Below, in pieces: positions 11,423-24,558 of a stretch of DNA of 64,000 nucleotides. The notes below the pieces were generated by a model that worked only from the letters and a program-made list of their open reading frames with translations, did not search any database and was not told the DNA's origin. The position numbers and the translations under genes are program-made. The stretch's first letter is position 1; each line of letters starts with the position of its first letter. Source of the stretch: Selaginella moellendorffii (lineage: Eukaryota; Plantae; Lycopodiophyta); the NCBI RefSeq assembly GCF_000143415.4, contig NW_003314291.1, positions 1,841,290-1,905,289 of the forward strand. The letters are read 5' to 3'.

Positions 11423-14400
11423 AGTAGTGTTGTAAATTTGAAGAAATTAAAAGTCTTTGGTTGGAATCAAATTAAGAGTTTCCACCATCTAGTGTTGAAG
11501 ATCGATTGCCTGTATGGAAGAATGAGGAACAAAAAATGATTGAGTTTTTCTTAGTTTTTACCTTGTTCCTGCATAGAAGGTGAGTTGGATCTCATACAAC
11601 TTTTTAGATGCCATGTCTCTGGAAGGTCATGTGCACAATCATCTTCAACCTGTGAAATCACACAGTCAGAACAAATGCACCATGAAAGGTGATAAGAGCT
11701 TATGTTTATGTGACTAACGGATCATGCGGTTGAAAGGCTACTTGCTGGTGCTGCAGTGGCGGTGGCAGATGCTGAGGTTGAGGAGATGTCACAACCACAA
11801 GTGCTGCTGGTTCTTCACAGAACCTGTTGATCAAAGATCATTCTCAACGCACGTCTTTTCAGCTTTCAGTTAACTCACAGAGCTAGTGATTGTCTAAAGC
11901 AGCATTTTATCAATCCCAGGATAGTCTCCAACACTCAGGAACTTCTTATGTATCGTGTGGTCAATTTCCTGATGCTTTGCAACATGGTGCCCTTGCTTGG
12001 ATCTATAGCTGCTACTATGTCACCATGGATCTGGGATCGAGCATTGTTGATCTTGATCATTTTGATTATGCAAACAAAGGAGCCAATAAATAGGATATGG
12101 ATGTAGGCCAATCTACTGGTCTACATCAGATTTCTGTTGGCAGCTGCAAGCCAAGGACATGCACCTTTCCATTATAGCAATGGCACTTCCAGACTGAAAT
12201 ATGGTTTGATAATGTCTCTCGCTTGTTACTCTCGGGAAAGCACCTTCCTTGGTAGAGACTCTCTTTTGTTCCACCAGAGGCATCCAGTAAAATAATTCTC
12301 ATGTCCATTACACAGGCTTTCTTTCCTTCGCTGCTGCCTGCAAAAATTCTGGAAAGAAATATAACTTATGCCATAGCCATAGATCGTGAATGAAGCAAAA
12401 ATGCTACTTTCTTCCTCAAGAATAAAAGAACTTTCACAATCTGCCACCACAGTCTACCCTAAGAGATAACAACCCAAAAGGTGATTTCAATTGTCACTAC
12501 CTCTTTGCCACATGTAAAAAATTGTAACCCTCCTTTTGGAGAGTCACAAATCTAGTCCTGCTGATTAGGAGCATCCACCATAAGTAAAATTGGATATTCT
12601 TAAAATGAAATAAAAAACACTAGATGCCATATGCTAATAGCACTTTTAAACAAGGGAGTACTAACACAGTGCCCAGCTCCACTAGAAGAAATAACATCTT
12701 TTTAACAATTTCTAGAATATGAAAATACATGTACCCCTCTAGGAAAAGTAGCATTTAAAATTGTAGTTATTCCTTTATGGTTACATTACAGCAAACAGAA
12801 TGGTAAACTTATTTAATACATTAATTAAATATATTGATTAGAGGAGATGCGAAATACAAAAATATAAAAGTTATAAACTTTTCTATTTTGAAGTACTCTT
12901 AATTATTCACAGTTTATTAAAAACATATCTATTTTGACTGATTATGTTTCTTATATCTTTGTTATAATCTCGAATATCTTAAGTTCTTTAAAATTATTTT
13001 GAATTAAAATGAACTGTAGAAATGTCAATAAACAACTCCACATTAGATTCTCAGAAAGAAGAGACCTCTTTGATCATACTTAATTATATATTATAATTGG
13101 AAAGAATAATCTTCTTTATGTACTTAGTATTATTACTATTGAGGAACATGCAAGCTCACATTTTTCTAGCTAAGGACCCAAGGTTCCTACACACAGCCAC
13201 TTAATATGAAATATTCTATAGAAATTGACCAAAAAAGAAATAAATTAAGAATTAATTATAAATAAATTCTACTGTCAAACTGTAAATCCACTATAAAAAT
13301 CATATAAAGCTTAAAACAAGACAAATTCCTCTTCACAAAGCTAGTATAAACAGTGAATTCAATTGTGATGCTAGGGAGTATATAGAGTTAAAACTCACTC
13401 AAATTCTTTTAGAAATTAAAAGGAAAAAGCATGATAAATATTTAACTTTCAAATCTGTACAACCACAAAAAACACTCATGTAGTTGTGAAAATTAATAAG
13501 CTTTTCTTTAGTTATCTATGCTAGTTCATCTCGCTAGTAGTCAATTTAACCTAATATAGTTAATATTAGTTACATCCTCTTTCTTTAATTTTGTCTTAGA
13601 GCAGAGCATTTAATCAAAAATTTGCAAGAGAACTCTTATAGTCTATGGTGTTATCATTGAGCAAGAGGCCATATTCATATTGAACTCTAGCACCATTAAA
13701 ATGGTACTGTTACACCTTTGATCCTTACCTTGCTCAAGATGTATATAAAACTTTACTATAGAGTTTAACTCTTTGTACCCAGCCACAAAATCTAAAATCT
13801 GTTAACACCCTAAAAGTGTTAAATGGTTTAAGGAAATGGCATTTACAGCACAAATATAGTATTTGATTGATTTAATGTTTTTTCAATAACTTTATAAATA
13901 TATATAATTCAACTTAAATTTATACTTAAATAGCTGATTAAAGAGAAAAATTAGATTTTACTCAAAACCCTTTACTTTATTATTACCTCTGGAATAATAT
14001 CCTTCTAATAAACATAATATTTCATGTGCTCCCATAAGAGTGATTAGCTTTCATGCATTTCCTATTCTCATTGGTTGCAACACAACTAAGCTTGGCTCAA
14101 AAGCTTTAAACCCATGTTTGGTCGCTGAGATGTTGTTAAACCTCTATTGATTCAAAACAATCTCTAATATTGTAGAAACAATTTGAAGAACACATAGTTA
14201 TATTACAAGTTATATTTAAATAGTTGATTAAAGAGAAAAATTAGAAGGTCCTTTTACTCAAAACCATTTACTTTACTATTACCTCTGGAATGAGTGAGTG
14301 GCACAAAACAATCCTCTTGATTCATAATTTTAGAAAAAATTTGAAGAACACAGAGTGAGAAGGATGTAAGCCAGTCTACTGATCTGCCTCACATTTCTGT

Positions 14401-14559
14401 CTGCAGCTCTGACTTAAGGATAAGTATGCACTTTCATTACTCAATCTAAATATCAGCATGGAAGCTCCATTGGAATTTCACTGTAGGATGCATCTTTGGT
14501 CACCAAATAAAAACTACTTTTCTCATACACTTTCTGGCCAACCAAACAAACAGAGCGAA

Positions 14560-16420
14560 CCTCTCCTTCACGTTGTTTATGAATGCAAGAATGCAATTCA
14601 CACAGTTTGTGAATATTGTGTTCTCGGTTTCAGTAGTGTTGAAAGTATCTCTGACAACCTTCTCCAATACAAGATGTACAATGCTTCTATCTCTATCTGT
14701 CGCGGCAGTAAGTAAAGACTTGTAATTGATAAAGGATTGACCCTAAACCTTGACTCTGAAAACTTTGTTACAATAAACGTAATTTTCCAGCCAGATTTCA
14801 TGTTGCACACCATTTGAGAGACACAACGGATGATAAATTCTCGTATTTCAACAGAGGCATTTCTCTGCATGATGATGACAAAAGCTGCAGAGAGTCCATG
14901 GTATACATAGCAACTGAGAAATTGCTTGAACACCCAACAGTAACAAAATAGTCAGACAATGTAATCCACATCCTGCTCCAGACCAGCTTGATCCGATTCA
15001 TATTGAAGTGCCTATACAACAAACAAGTGAATACATCACATCAAATCACTTACACAATTCCTTCACTACTTAAGGCCTGTCTTCGAATAAAAAAATTGTT
15101 AGCTTCGTTTGAATCAATTTGACCAAGCAAACTGAGATTTGAAAAGAGATTACTCATTTTCTCTGCAGTGACTGCACCAGGTATTGGGCTCTGCCTACCA
15201 CCAATACTGCCGTATGGTCCTCAACGTGCAGCTAGAGCAGCAAAATGCAATCTTCCTTTTCATTTTGGAGCAGTTGATAGCTTAGTCTTTTCTGGATCGT
15301 TTGAAAAGAAAGTAGCATCATGGAGAGCCACCGATGAGATAGAGCTGATCAATCGTTAAACGCCTGTAAGTACATGCTCCCATGCGTGCTGCAAATGATT
15401 TCCTTATTCATTTGCAATATTTGGCCAGGGTAAGCACCATATGTCATCACACTAAATTTACCTTGATAGCATTCACGTTTTTCTGCTTGATATCTACAGG
15501 ATAATGTAGCGATGTAAACTTTGTAAGTCACAAAAGCATCCCACTGTATTTGTCTGCACATCACTGCAGTGCTATGTATCGCATGCCTGAACCATTCCAG
15601 GCATGGTGAAGTCAAAACCTCGTCATCACTCTTGTCTAGTGGGACACTAAGCCCCGCAAGCATGGGTCCTCATGAAACTTCTACCATTGGCTTAAAAATT
15701 TCCACGTCTGTCGCAGCATAGTATGTAGATCTGGTAGAAAATGAAGGCAATGACAATAAGGAAACAGTGTTCTCAGCTTTTTCTTTGAGTTGATCTTGCA
15801 TATAACAAATCGCATCTTCACTGGACTCAAACAGCTTCTCTTCTTTGGGCTTTCGGATAACTATGTTCATGATGCTGTCAATCCCAGCAGAAAATTATTG
15901 TCCTTCCCAGCTGGTTTTATGGCCGGAATAACATTATCCGCTTTCATTTTAATTTCTTTGTTCACCATACGGTCGTATAGTCCTCCCATAAACTCTTCAG
16001 GAAGATCCTTTCCATCGTCAATGCCTCTGTTAGTTTTTTATAAATGCAGCTTTAGACATCTGTAATAGCCCATGAGTGAAATCTTGGAAGGAAGTGGAAG
16101 CATTTGCTCACCTTATCTTTCACCATCACGTTGTGCGCATCAGTGTTAAGAATAATTACAGAATATGGCAGAACATAGCTTTGGGATTACAGATGCAATA
16201 TCACTCTGCAAATTTTTCCATTATCCTATCTGTCTTCTGAGCCTCCAGGGAGACTGAAGCCCATCAAGAATGTTCGTATCGACATGTCAAACTCCATATT
16301 ATGACAGTTGAAGGAGTCAACATAGGCGTGCATTGAATGAAAACTCCTCTTTTTCACCCAGGTAATCCCCAATCAGGCCTTTGTCTAGATCTATGGTACT
16401 CAGGAGGAACTTGATGCCCA
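14560..16420 (-). pseudogene. BIG-type Sec7 ARF-GEF (brefeldin A-inhibited GEF) pseudogene fragment
   Basis: Sec7 motifs (IGDYLGE, SVIILNTDAHN, RGIDDGKDLPEEFMGGLYDR) and HDS motifs (NMNRIKLVWSRMW..LSDYFVTVGC, EIREFIIRCVSQMV..KSGWK). Frameshifts and deletions are present. Confidence 0.88.
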
Positions 16421-17075
16421 GTCCTTCATGCATCCTTGGTGTATAAGGTGGAAAAGGTACAAAAGAAATTCACATTCTAAAAAGGGAATATGTGTCCCCT
16501 AGATGCCAGATGCCAATAGGGGATTTAGTAAAGGGAGTGAGAAAAAGAGCACGCTTGGGGGTTTGAGACCTCAACACTCAGTCTCAGTAGCTTCCAATAA
16601 AAAGAACCTAAATAAATGAATCCCAGCCTTTCTGCCATCCCCAGAATAAGAAGGGAGACCTGCAATAGGAAAAACAGGCTGTAAAACACGCAAGCACCTC
16701 CAAAAGCTCATTCATGGGCTCAGAAATAATAACAACTATTTTTTCCAGGAGTTTGACATATTCCACTTTACTGTGAATTACCTGGACACAGTGTCATGAG
16801 TTTAAGTTTGATAAACCTGCAATCCTTACTGTTATGCGCTGAGATTACACATGTTTGCCAGCAAATATTTGTGCATAATCTGCCATGGATGAAGCCCCCA
16901 CTATGTAGACATGCTTCGCACCAGCTTCCAACCAGCTTTCTCCACAAATGTAGTCCTAAGCAACAGTTCTTTCTGTTTGCTTTCCCAGGAGAAAGAAATC
17001 TCATTGTTCCATTGCCCTAAAAGCGTCACAAACAAAAATTTGAAGCATTATGCCATGTGTTTTAATCTAGGCTTA

Positions 17076-17720
17076 TGATCTTGCTCTAGATTTTTTCTGC
17101 ATTTGTATTACCTAAATCAGTATCAAAACATAAGGAAAATTTCTTCATAGTTCAAAATGGTAAATTACATATTTAAAAGAATATAAGTTAATGGTTTCTA
17201 AAAAGAGCAAAGATGTACGTCACATTTGTGAGAAAGATACAACTCTGATGAGAAATACAGAAATATTTTTTTAAAAAATATTTAAATTAGATATATTATA
17301 AAATATTTATATTAATACACCTATAATATAGAACATACTTTAACAATAGATCAAGAGTGTGCAAGACATTTGTAACTTATAATATAAAAGATAACTACTA
17401 TGAAATTTAAATGATGAAAATACAAAATAATTGACAAGAAAAAACATAGAATAAGAAGGAAATTTTATAGAAATAAGAATTTAAAATGTTAAAAAGAGTG
17501 GTTTAAATGAACTTCTCATGAAAAGAGATTTAGGTTTAAAAATAGTAGAACAACTCCCAATTAAATATCTACATTGTTAAGAATAAAGTTGCAAATAATA
17601 AACTATGCTTCATCACCATTGCAATAAGGTGATATCATGGTAGAAGTTATGATTATAAAAGCTTATGGAAGTTATGACATCAAAAGCATTAATAAATTTT
17701 GAAACTTGCAAAAATTTTAT
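17076..17720 (+). repeat. AT-rich dispersed repeat, copy 2
   Basis: Collinear similarity to 8044-8640. Confidence 0.7.
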
Positions 17721-18171
17721 TCATGATTGTCTCTAACAAATGGATTTTAAATCATATAAAGTTAAAAATAAAGAAAATTTAACTTCAATAAAATTAAGAT
17801 AATAAACACAGAAATGATCTAAAGGAGAACATAATTATCAACAAACAAATATTATAAGAAATATTAATATTTTTTATAAACATAGATCTAGCACTTAAAT
17901 TATAATATTATTATATTTTGTTTAAGGTGCTATATTTATTATATTACAATAACATTATCAATGCTGGGAGCAATGAAAATTAGTGATTAAAGTCCCAGTT
18001 ATGCTGGGAGTATCTCATTTATTTCTGATGTTTTTGTAATTTCAAAGAGACGTAATCATTATTATATTTTTTAACATAAATCATAATGATAACATATATA
18101 TGAATATAAAAATTTATTAATTAGAGTATTATTTTTAAAAGTTTAAAACCATATAATAGAGTACCTGAAGC

Positions 18172-20300
18172 AGGGCATATAAAGGCCCATAAGTAGCAAT
18201 GGTGATCCTAGTGTGTGGGATCACAAGGTGAGCAAACCTGGATTGAGGAACCACTCCCTAGGCTATCGGGTAGGTTCATCCCTATGAATACTTGCCAAGG
18301 CATGGTAGAAAGTGCAAAGCTATCTTCCTAGTATGGAGGAGAATAACCGAAGGAAATGTATGAGGCCAAAAGGCAAGTAGTATAAGGATAGAACCGAACC
18401 ATAAAAATTTACAGGCATGACTAAGGGTGGTTATGCAAGTTGGGAGTGGAGAATCAAGTGGGTGCTCAAACATGTTGTTACTAGTGACCGGGATACCATG
18501 GAGAGTCTAAAGCATGGGATTGTCCATGTTAGACTATATGGTAATTGACAAGCTTGCGAAAGGAGAGGCCTTAGCAAGCCAAGGAACAGAGTTCTTTGAA
18601 CGTTCCCCTAGGTAAATAAGTACCTAGTTAACCAAGTGTAAATGGTTCATAGAACATGCGAAATCAGAGTGGTGCAATAGAAGCGTAGTCTTGAAGCTTG
18701 CCATGAGGCGAGGCTATCAAGATTGGGGAAGTAGTTCCCGATTGTTCAAAGAGAGGGCTTTGAACGAAAGTCGATAATTAAGGACTTTCACGCTTATGCA
18801 TGAACCATATTACGGTGGCCGAATGACTTGCTAAGTGAGATTGGCAAGTCGGGGGGGAATAAATCCCCTAGTTGAAGGTGCTAACTTCAAAAGGGGTGGC
18901 CCATAGGGCCGAGCATGGAGGAGTCCATGCATGATCACAGACTTGTCAAGCGAAAGGACTTGGCAGTGCGGAGGAACTAGGTTCCTAAGCTATGATCTAT
19001 AGCGCGCTTTAAGTATATGTTGGTGCACCGGCGTGGGGGGTCACGCCAGGCATCCTGTGCGATGCCATCCGTAGATGCATATACGGAGGTTGGATTCGAG
19101 TCCCAACCCTCTAGTGCTTGGGTTCGAGTCCCAAATCACTAGGGCGTGGTGATGGTTTGGAATATGAGGACACTCATTTTTCAGTGGTCATGGACTCTTA
19201 GTAAGGAGACTGGTTTGGGCACACTGCCAAGCGAGGGATGCCTCGGAGTCGTGATGCACGGTTAAATTGCTTAGAGTGAAAGCTTGGCATATCTAACTTG
19301 AACACCTTGGTGCAAAAGGCACCAAGGACGTAGTGAATGAAATGGGGACACCCAATCTCAGTTGCTATAGATCCTTGGCCGGAAGGGTTGGCTTGGGCGC
19401 ACCAAGTGTGGGGGATGCCCCTGGGGTCATAGTCAACAATTTAAAAGGGTCTGGAAGACTTAGTTCCTATTGGTAGACCTGTTAAGGGGTCAAGATGAGA
19501 TCACCAGGTGATCTTATGGCTAAACAAAGACAAGGTCTTTGTTTGGGTTAAGGAATATGATTCCCAGTTCAAAGTGTTGATTTGAACTATTGATAATGGT
19601 GTGACTTAGTCAAGGTGACCAAGTAAGAAGGAAACCTAAAGGGAAATCAATTGTGCCAATACAATGGTATAGTAAGTCCAAGAAAGTAGTCTCGGGGAGA
19701 GACCCAGGGAAGGGTCGCAAAGTTGGGCCGTGGACGAAGCTCGAAGCAGAAATTGCTAAAGAGACCTACTAAGGGTGAGCACCCGCTGGACTTAGTAAAG
19801 TAGAGCCTTTGCCATGGAACTAAAAAGATACCTCGAGAATGGAGGTAGTGATCCTATGTTGCTCAGTGCAACAATCAATGGATAAAAGCAAAAGACTAGT
19901 GGTCAAGTGTGGGCTATGGAGTTTATTGGAAGGAATCCAAATGGCAAAGTTAGGCATGGAACACTAGTGTGTGGGATGCTAATGGATTGTGAGAAAAGAA
20001 GTGTGCTTCCAAGGATGGATTCCCAAATACTCCAAGTTGGCAAAGGTGAAAGCTCCAAGGGAGGGAGCGGCAAAGTAGCCAAAAGATAGGGCCGTGGATA
20101 GCTCTAGCACAACTTACGATGGTTGGAACTTGGTGCCAAAAGTGGCAGAAAATAAAAAGGAGGACAATGGCGCCCTCAAGTGGGGAGCTTCCTAGGATGG
20201 GAAGTGAAGTTGCACAATATGTATAGTGAAAGGTGTCAAAGACACCAAAGAAATTGACTTTGAGAAGTCAAAATTAAAAAGTTCCAAGATGAATTGGTTA
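18172..20300 (+). mobile_element. Family A internal-region fragment (no LTR)
   Basis: Collinear and highly similar to ~1460-3450, from GGCATATAAAGGCCCATAAG to GAATTGGTTA. Confidence 0.88.
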
Positions 20301-20372
20301 TCCTTTCCACTTCATATGGAAATCCCTCACATTGCGTCCTTGTCGCTTGCTCTTGTGCGCATTGAGGATGCC

Positions 20373-23300
20373 TGTAAGGAACCAACTCCCCGAGGTGTCG
20401 TAGGCTAAAGGATCCCCGAAAGCATGATCGAAATGACAAAGAGTTCATCGGATAGGATCGAGTCGGAGATCGAGTCCAAGACTGACTCTGAGAACGAGTT
20501 CGAGATAGAGTCCGGNNNNNNNNNNNNNNNNNNNNNNNNNNNNNNNNNNNNNNNNNNNNNNNNNNNNNNNNNNNNNNNNNNNNNNNNNNNNNNNNNNNNN
20601 NNNNNNNNNNNNNNNCAGGAACTCTCCAGTGGTGCTTCCAAACTGACTTGAGGTTGAGACTGGGGCCAAGGGGCCTTGGGTGGGAGTGAGCATAGACTCG
20701 GGTAGTGCCAGAGAGGCCACCCAAGGAAGTGCTCAAGAGCAACTCCCACTCCCGAAAGGGAAACCGACTGCGGTGCTCCTAGCTCATGTGGAGTGGTTCC
20801 CCACTTGAGTACCTTGTGGCTCATTGGTCCTTGCCCTTCCTAGGGGCTTGGGCCTTCCCTTCAGGATGGAAGTGGGGGGGGGGGGGGGATAGAGATACCC
20901 ATACTGGGCCGTTAGGCCACAGTGTTTCCCCCCAGCATCCCGAAGCAAGTGTTGCACCCAAGGCTTGGGATTTAAAGGGTCCCATGATCAAGCTTTGTCA
21001 TACCAAGGAATGTTAGGAACCTGGAGGCTTGGTGTGCTTAGCTGTTTGTGCCTATGGGGAATGTAGTCAAACCTTAAGTCCAGTCTAACCCAGGGAGGGG
21101 GATTAGGAGAGATTTGAGAATCTATGGATGGATGGCTAAAGCTCCATTGCTCGTGCAGTGAATAGCTGAAACCAAGTAGGACCAAGTTGGAGTTAGTACA
21201 ATAGGTGGGAACCTTGGCGAGGGAACTTAGCAAAAACCAAGGCAGTGTTGGTCGGATAGTCGACGTAAGCTGGAAAATGAACACGACAGGGTCGGGGTCC
21301 ACATTTAGCAAAGGGGCCAAACCAAGGGGAACATATAGCAAAGGTAAATTCAAAAAAAGTTTCTCTAAGAATGAGTCCTCGGGGTTCCGGAAAGGCAGAT
21401 CAAGTGGCCAGCAAGCAAGTATATGGGGGAGTCAAGCAAAAAGAGATAAACCCATAGATAAGAAGGGCAAGTTAGTTAGCAGCATGGGAAACAACGTATG
21501 CTACAATAGCGGTGAAGCGGGACACTTTTCGAGGGAATGTCCCTACCCAAAGAAGGCCAGAGCCAATATGGCCATTAAGTCGGGTGAAATCCAAACTAAG
21601 GTATGTGATCTAGTCCCTAACTCGAAGTTACTCATTACACGAGCAACATTGGTAGAGAGTCATTCGCGACATCTACTAGCCCTCCGAGGGAACCTCGAAG
21701 GTAGCTTTGTTAAGATCCTTATTGACACAGGTGCTTTAGATAATTTTGTGGCTGCAAACATAGTTTGGCAAGCCGGACTAACGGTGCAGCGGCTAGGCAA
21801 ACCAAGGACTATAGAGTTTGTTCAAGGCAGCCAAAGCACTGATGAGGTACTTCGACAAAAGTAGGGACATCGAAAGTAGACATGGATTTCACCGTGTTGG
21901 ACATGGCAGGATTTGACATAATATTAGGGATGGATTGGTTCAATTGGTTCGTGGTAGCCCTGCATGGACAAAGTAGAAACCTTGTGGTATTAGCGAATGC
22001 CCAAGGAAGAAGATCTAGGGTGGAGGCCCAGGATCTAAAGGTAAGGCAATGCAAGGCCAAAGATTCCTGCCTAAACCTAGTGTCCAGAAGAGGACAACTC
22101 ACTAAAGGAACCAAGGCAGCATTTTTGTGCTTACTCTCGGTGAAGAGTGACAAAAAGACAGGAATGGAAGAAGTACCTTTAGTGATCCAGCGGGTGTTGG
22201 ACCAATTCCAGGATACCATGCCAGAGGAGCTACCAGCAGGGTTGCCCCCCGCACGACCGATAGAACATAAGATTGAGCTGGTCAAGGGTGCTAAGGCAAT
22301 GGTTCATCCCCCCTATCATTTGAACGAAAAGGAACTCGAGGAGCTCAAGTGCCAACTAGAAGAGTTGGTGGACAAAGGGTATGTTAGGTTGAGCAAGTTG
22401 CTATATGGGGCGCTAGTGTTATTTGTGAAAAAGAAAGATGGATCTATATGCATGTGCATAGACTACCGGTTGCTCAACAAATATACAAAAAAGAACAAGT
22501 ACCCTTTGCCAAGGATTGAGGATTTGTTCGATAGGTTAGGAAATGCAAAATACTTCTTGAGGATTGACGTAAGGTCAGGATACTACCAGATCAGGGTAGC
22601 AGAGGAAGATGTCGAGAAGACAACCTGTTGAACAAGGTATGGGAGCTTTGAGTTTCTAGTGATGCCCTTTGGGCTATGCAATGCGCCGGCAACATTTTCG
22701 GCGTTGATGAACCACATCCTTGTACCCTATCTGGATCACTTCGTGGTCGTCTATATTAACAACATCCTGATCTATAGCGAAACGCTAGAAGAGTATGTCA
22801 AACACTTGACGAAAGTGTTTGAGAAACTAAGGGAACATCAGCTGTATGCCAAAGAGAGCAAATCTGACTTTGCTCAAGAAGAGGTAAAGTTTCTCAGGCA
22901 TATAGTGGGCAAGGACAGGCTCAAGGTGGACCCTGAGAAGGTCCAAGCAATCCAGGAATGGGAACGACCAATGAATGTAAACGAGTTAAGGGCATTTTTG
23001 GGGCTATGCAACTACTACCGAAAGTTTATCAAACACTATTCGAGAGTAGCCCTGCTCTTAATGGACCAAACGGGAAAAGGGAAGATAGTATGGACAGCAC
23101 AATATGAGGCAACATTTGTCCACCTCAAAGGGAAGTTGAGGAAAGCTCCCGTGTTGGCGTTACCAGACTTTGGTAAGGACTTTGAGGTAGAAATGGATGC
23201 TTCGGACTTTGTGTTGGGCACAGTTTTGAAGCAAAACAACCATCCAGTAGCGTTCTTTTCAAAGAAGTTGGACAAGGCTTAGCGGAAGTAGCCTACCCAC

Positions 23301-24558
23301 GAGAAGGAATTGTATACGGTGGTCAAGGCACTCAAGGAGTGGCGACACTACCTTGGGAGACACTTCAAGATTTACACGGACAATGTGGCAACAAAACACT
23401 TCTTGTCATAGCCCAACTTAAGAGGGAAATAGGGTCAGTGGGCCAATGCTTTGGCCGAGTTTGATTGCAAGATTTTGTACAAGCTTGGGAAGAGCAACAT
23501 CATGGCGGATGTGCTAAGTCGAAAAGTGAGCTTGAAGTTAGCGTTATCCAGCACGACAGCAACCTTTTGGGATGATATGTGGACAGCATATGAGAACGAT
23601 GGTCTAGCACAAGAAGTGTTGTTGAGGAATCTAGAGGCACGGGAAACTCACCAGAGAGGTGAGCTACCATGGGAAGAGAAAACGGGCTATGCGGAATGCA
23701 ACAGACTCATTTATTACAAGCAAATGAGAAAACGGGCTATGCGGAATGCAACAAACTCATTTATTACAAGCAAATGAGCGTGTATGTTCCAGAAGGGGAA
23801 CTAAGGAAGGTAGCCTTAGAAGAGTGTTATGATGGACCTCTTGTGGGACATGGCAGAGTGCCCAAGATGATAGGCTTACTCAAGAGGAAGTACCACTAGC
23901 CAGATATGGCTAAGGACATCCAAAACTATGTAAAGACATGTCCAACATGTTAGCAGGTCAAAGCCATGACTAAAGCGAGTGGGGGCTTGTTACAAAACAT
24001 CCCAATTCCAGATCATCCGTGGAAATGTCTTACGATAGACTTCATCATGGGACTCCCCCCAAGCGAAGGGTTCGATGCAATATTTATGGTGGTGAACCGA
24101 TTTTCGAAGATGGCAAATTTCATACCCACCACAACGAAAGTGGATGCGGAAGGTGTGGCGAAGCTGTTCTTCGAACAATTGGTTCGAGTGCGGGGAAGGC
24201 CAGAAGAGATCATCTCAGATCAAGATAAGATCTTCACCTGTAAGTTTTTGAGAACTCTCCTGGAATAGTATCGCACCAAGTTGAAATTCAGCACAGCCTA
24301 TGGGTATTAAATCAAGTTTGATGGCACTAACACTTCTTGATAGACGGACAAACAGAAAGGGTGAATAAGCAATTGAAGGATTATTTGCAATGCTATGTCT
24401 CGGGAGACCAAACCGATTAGGTAAGTCATTTGGGACTTGTGGAAATGTGTTATAACAACTCACCACATTCGAGTATCAGGGTGAGTCTATGGGAAGTCAT
24501 CAATGGGCAAGCTATTGAAGGTCCTGTGGAGCTCGGCGTGGGCGAGTATCATGGAGAG
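20373..24558 (+). mobile_element. Ty3/gypsy family C, truncated: 5' LTR part plus gag C-terminus and pol
   Basis: LTR starts TGTAAGGAACC at 20373. The LTR end, PBS and 5' gag are deleted at ~21277. Contains an assembly gap at 20515-20614. Confidence 0.9.
21280..24558 (+). pseudogene. gag-pol pseudogene (zinc knuckle, protease, RT, RNase H, integrase)
   Basis: CYNSGEAGHFSREC, LIDTGA, MPFGLCNAPATF, VVVYINNILIYS, EMDASDF, IDFIMGLP, IISDQD. Multiple stops and a 50-bp tandem duplication at ~23677-23777. Confidence 0.93.
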
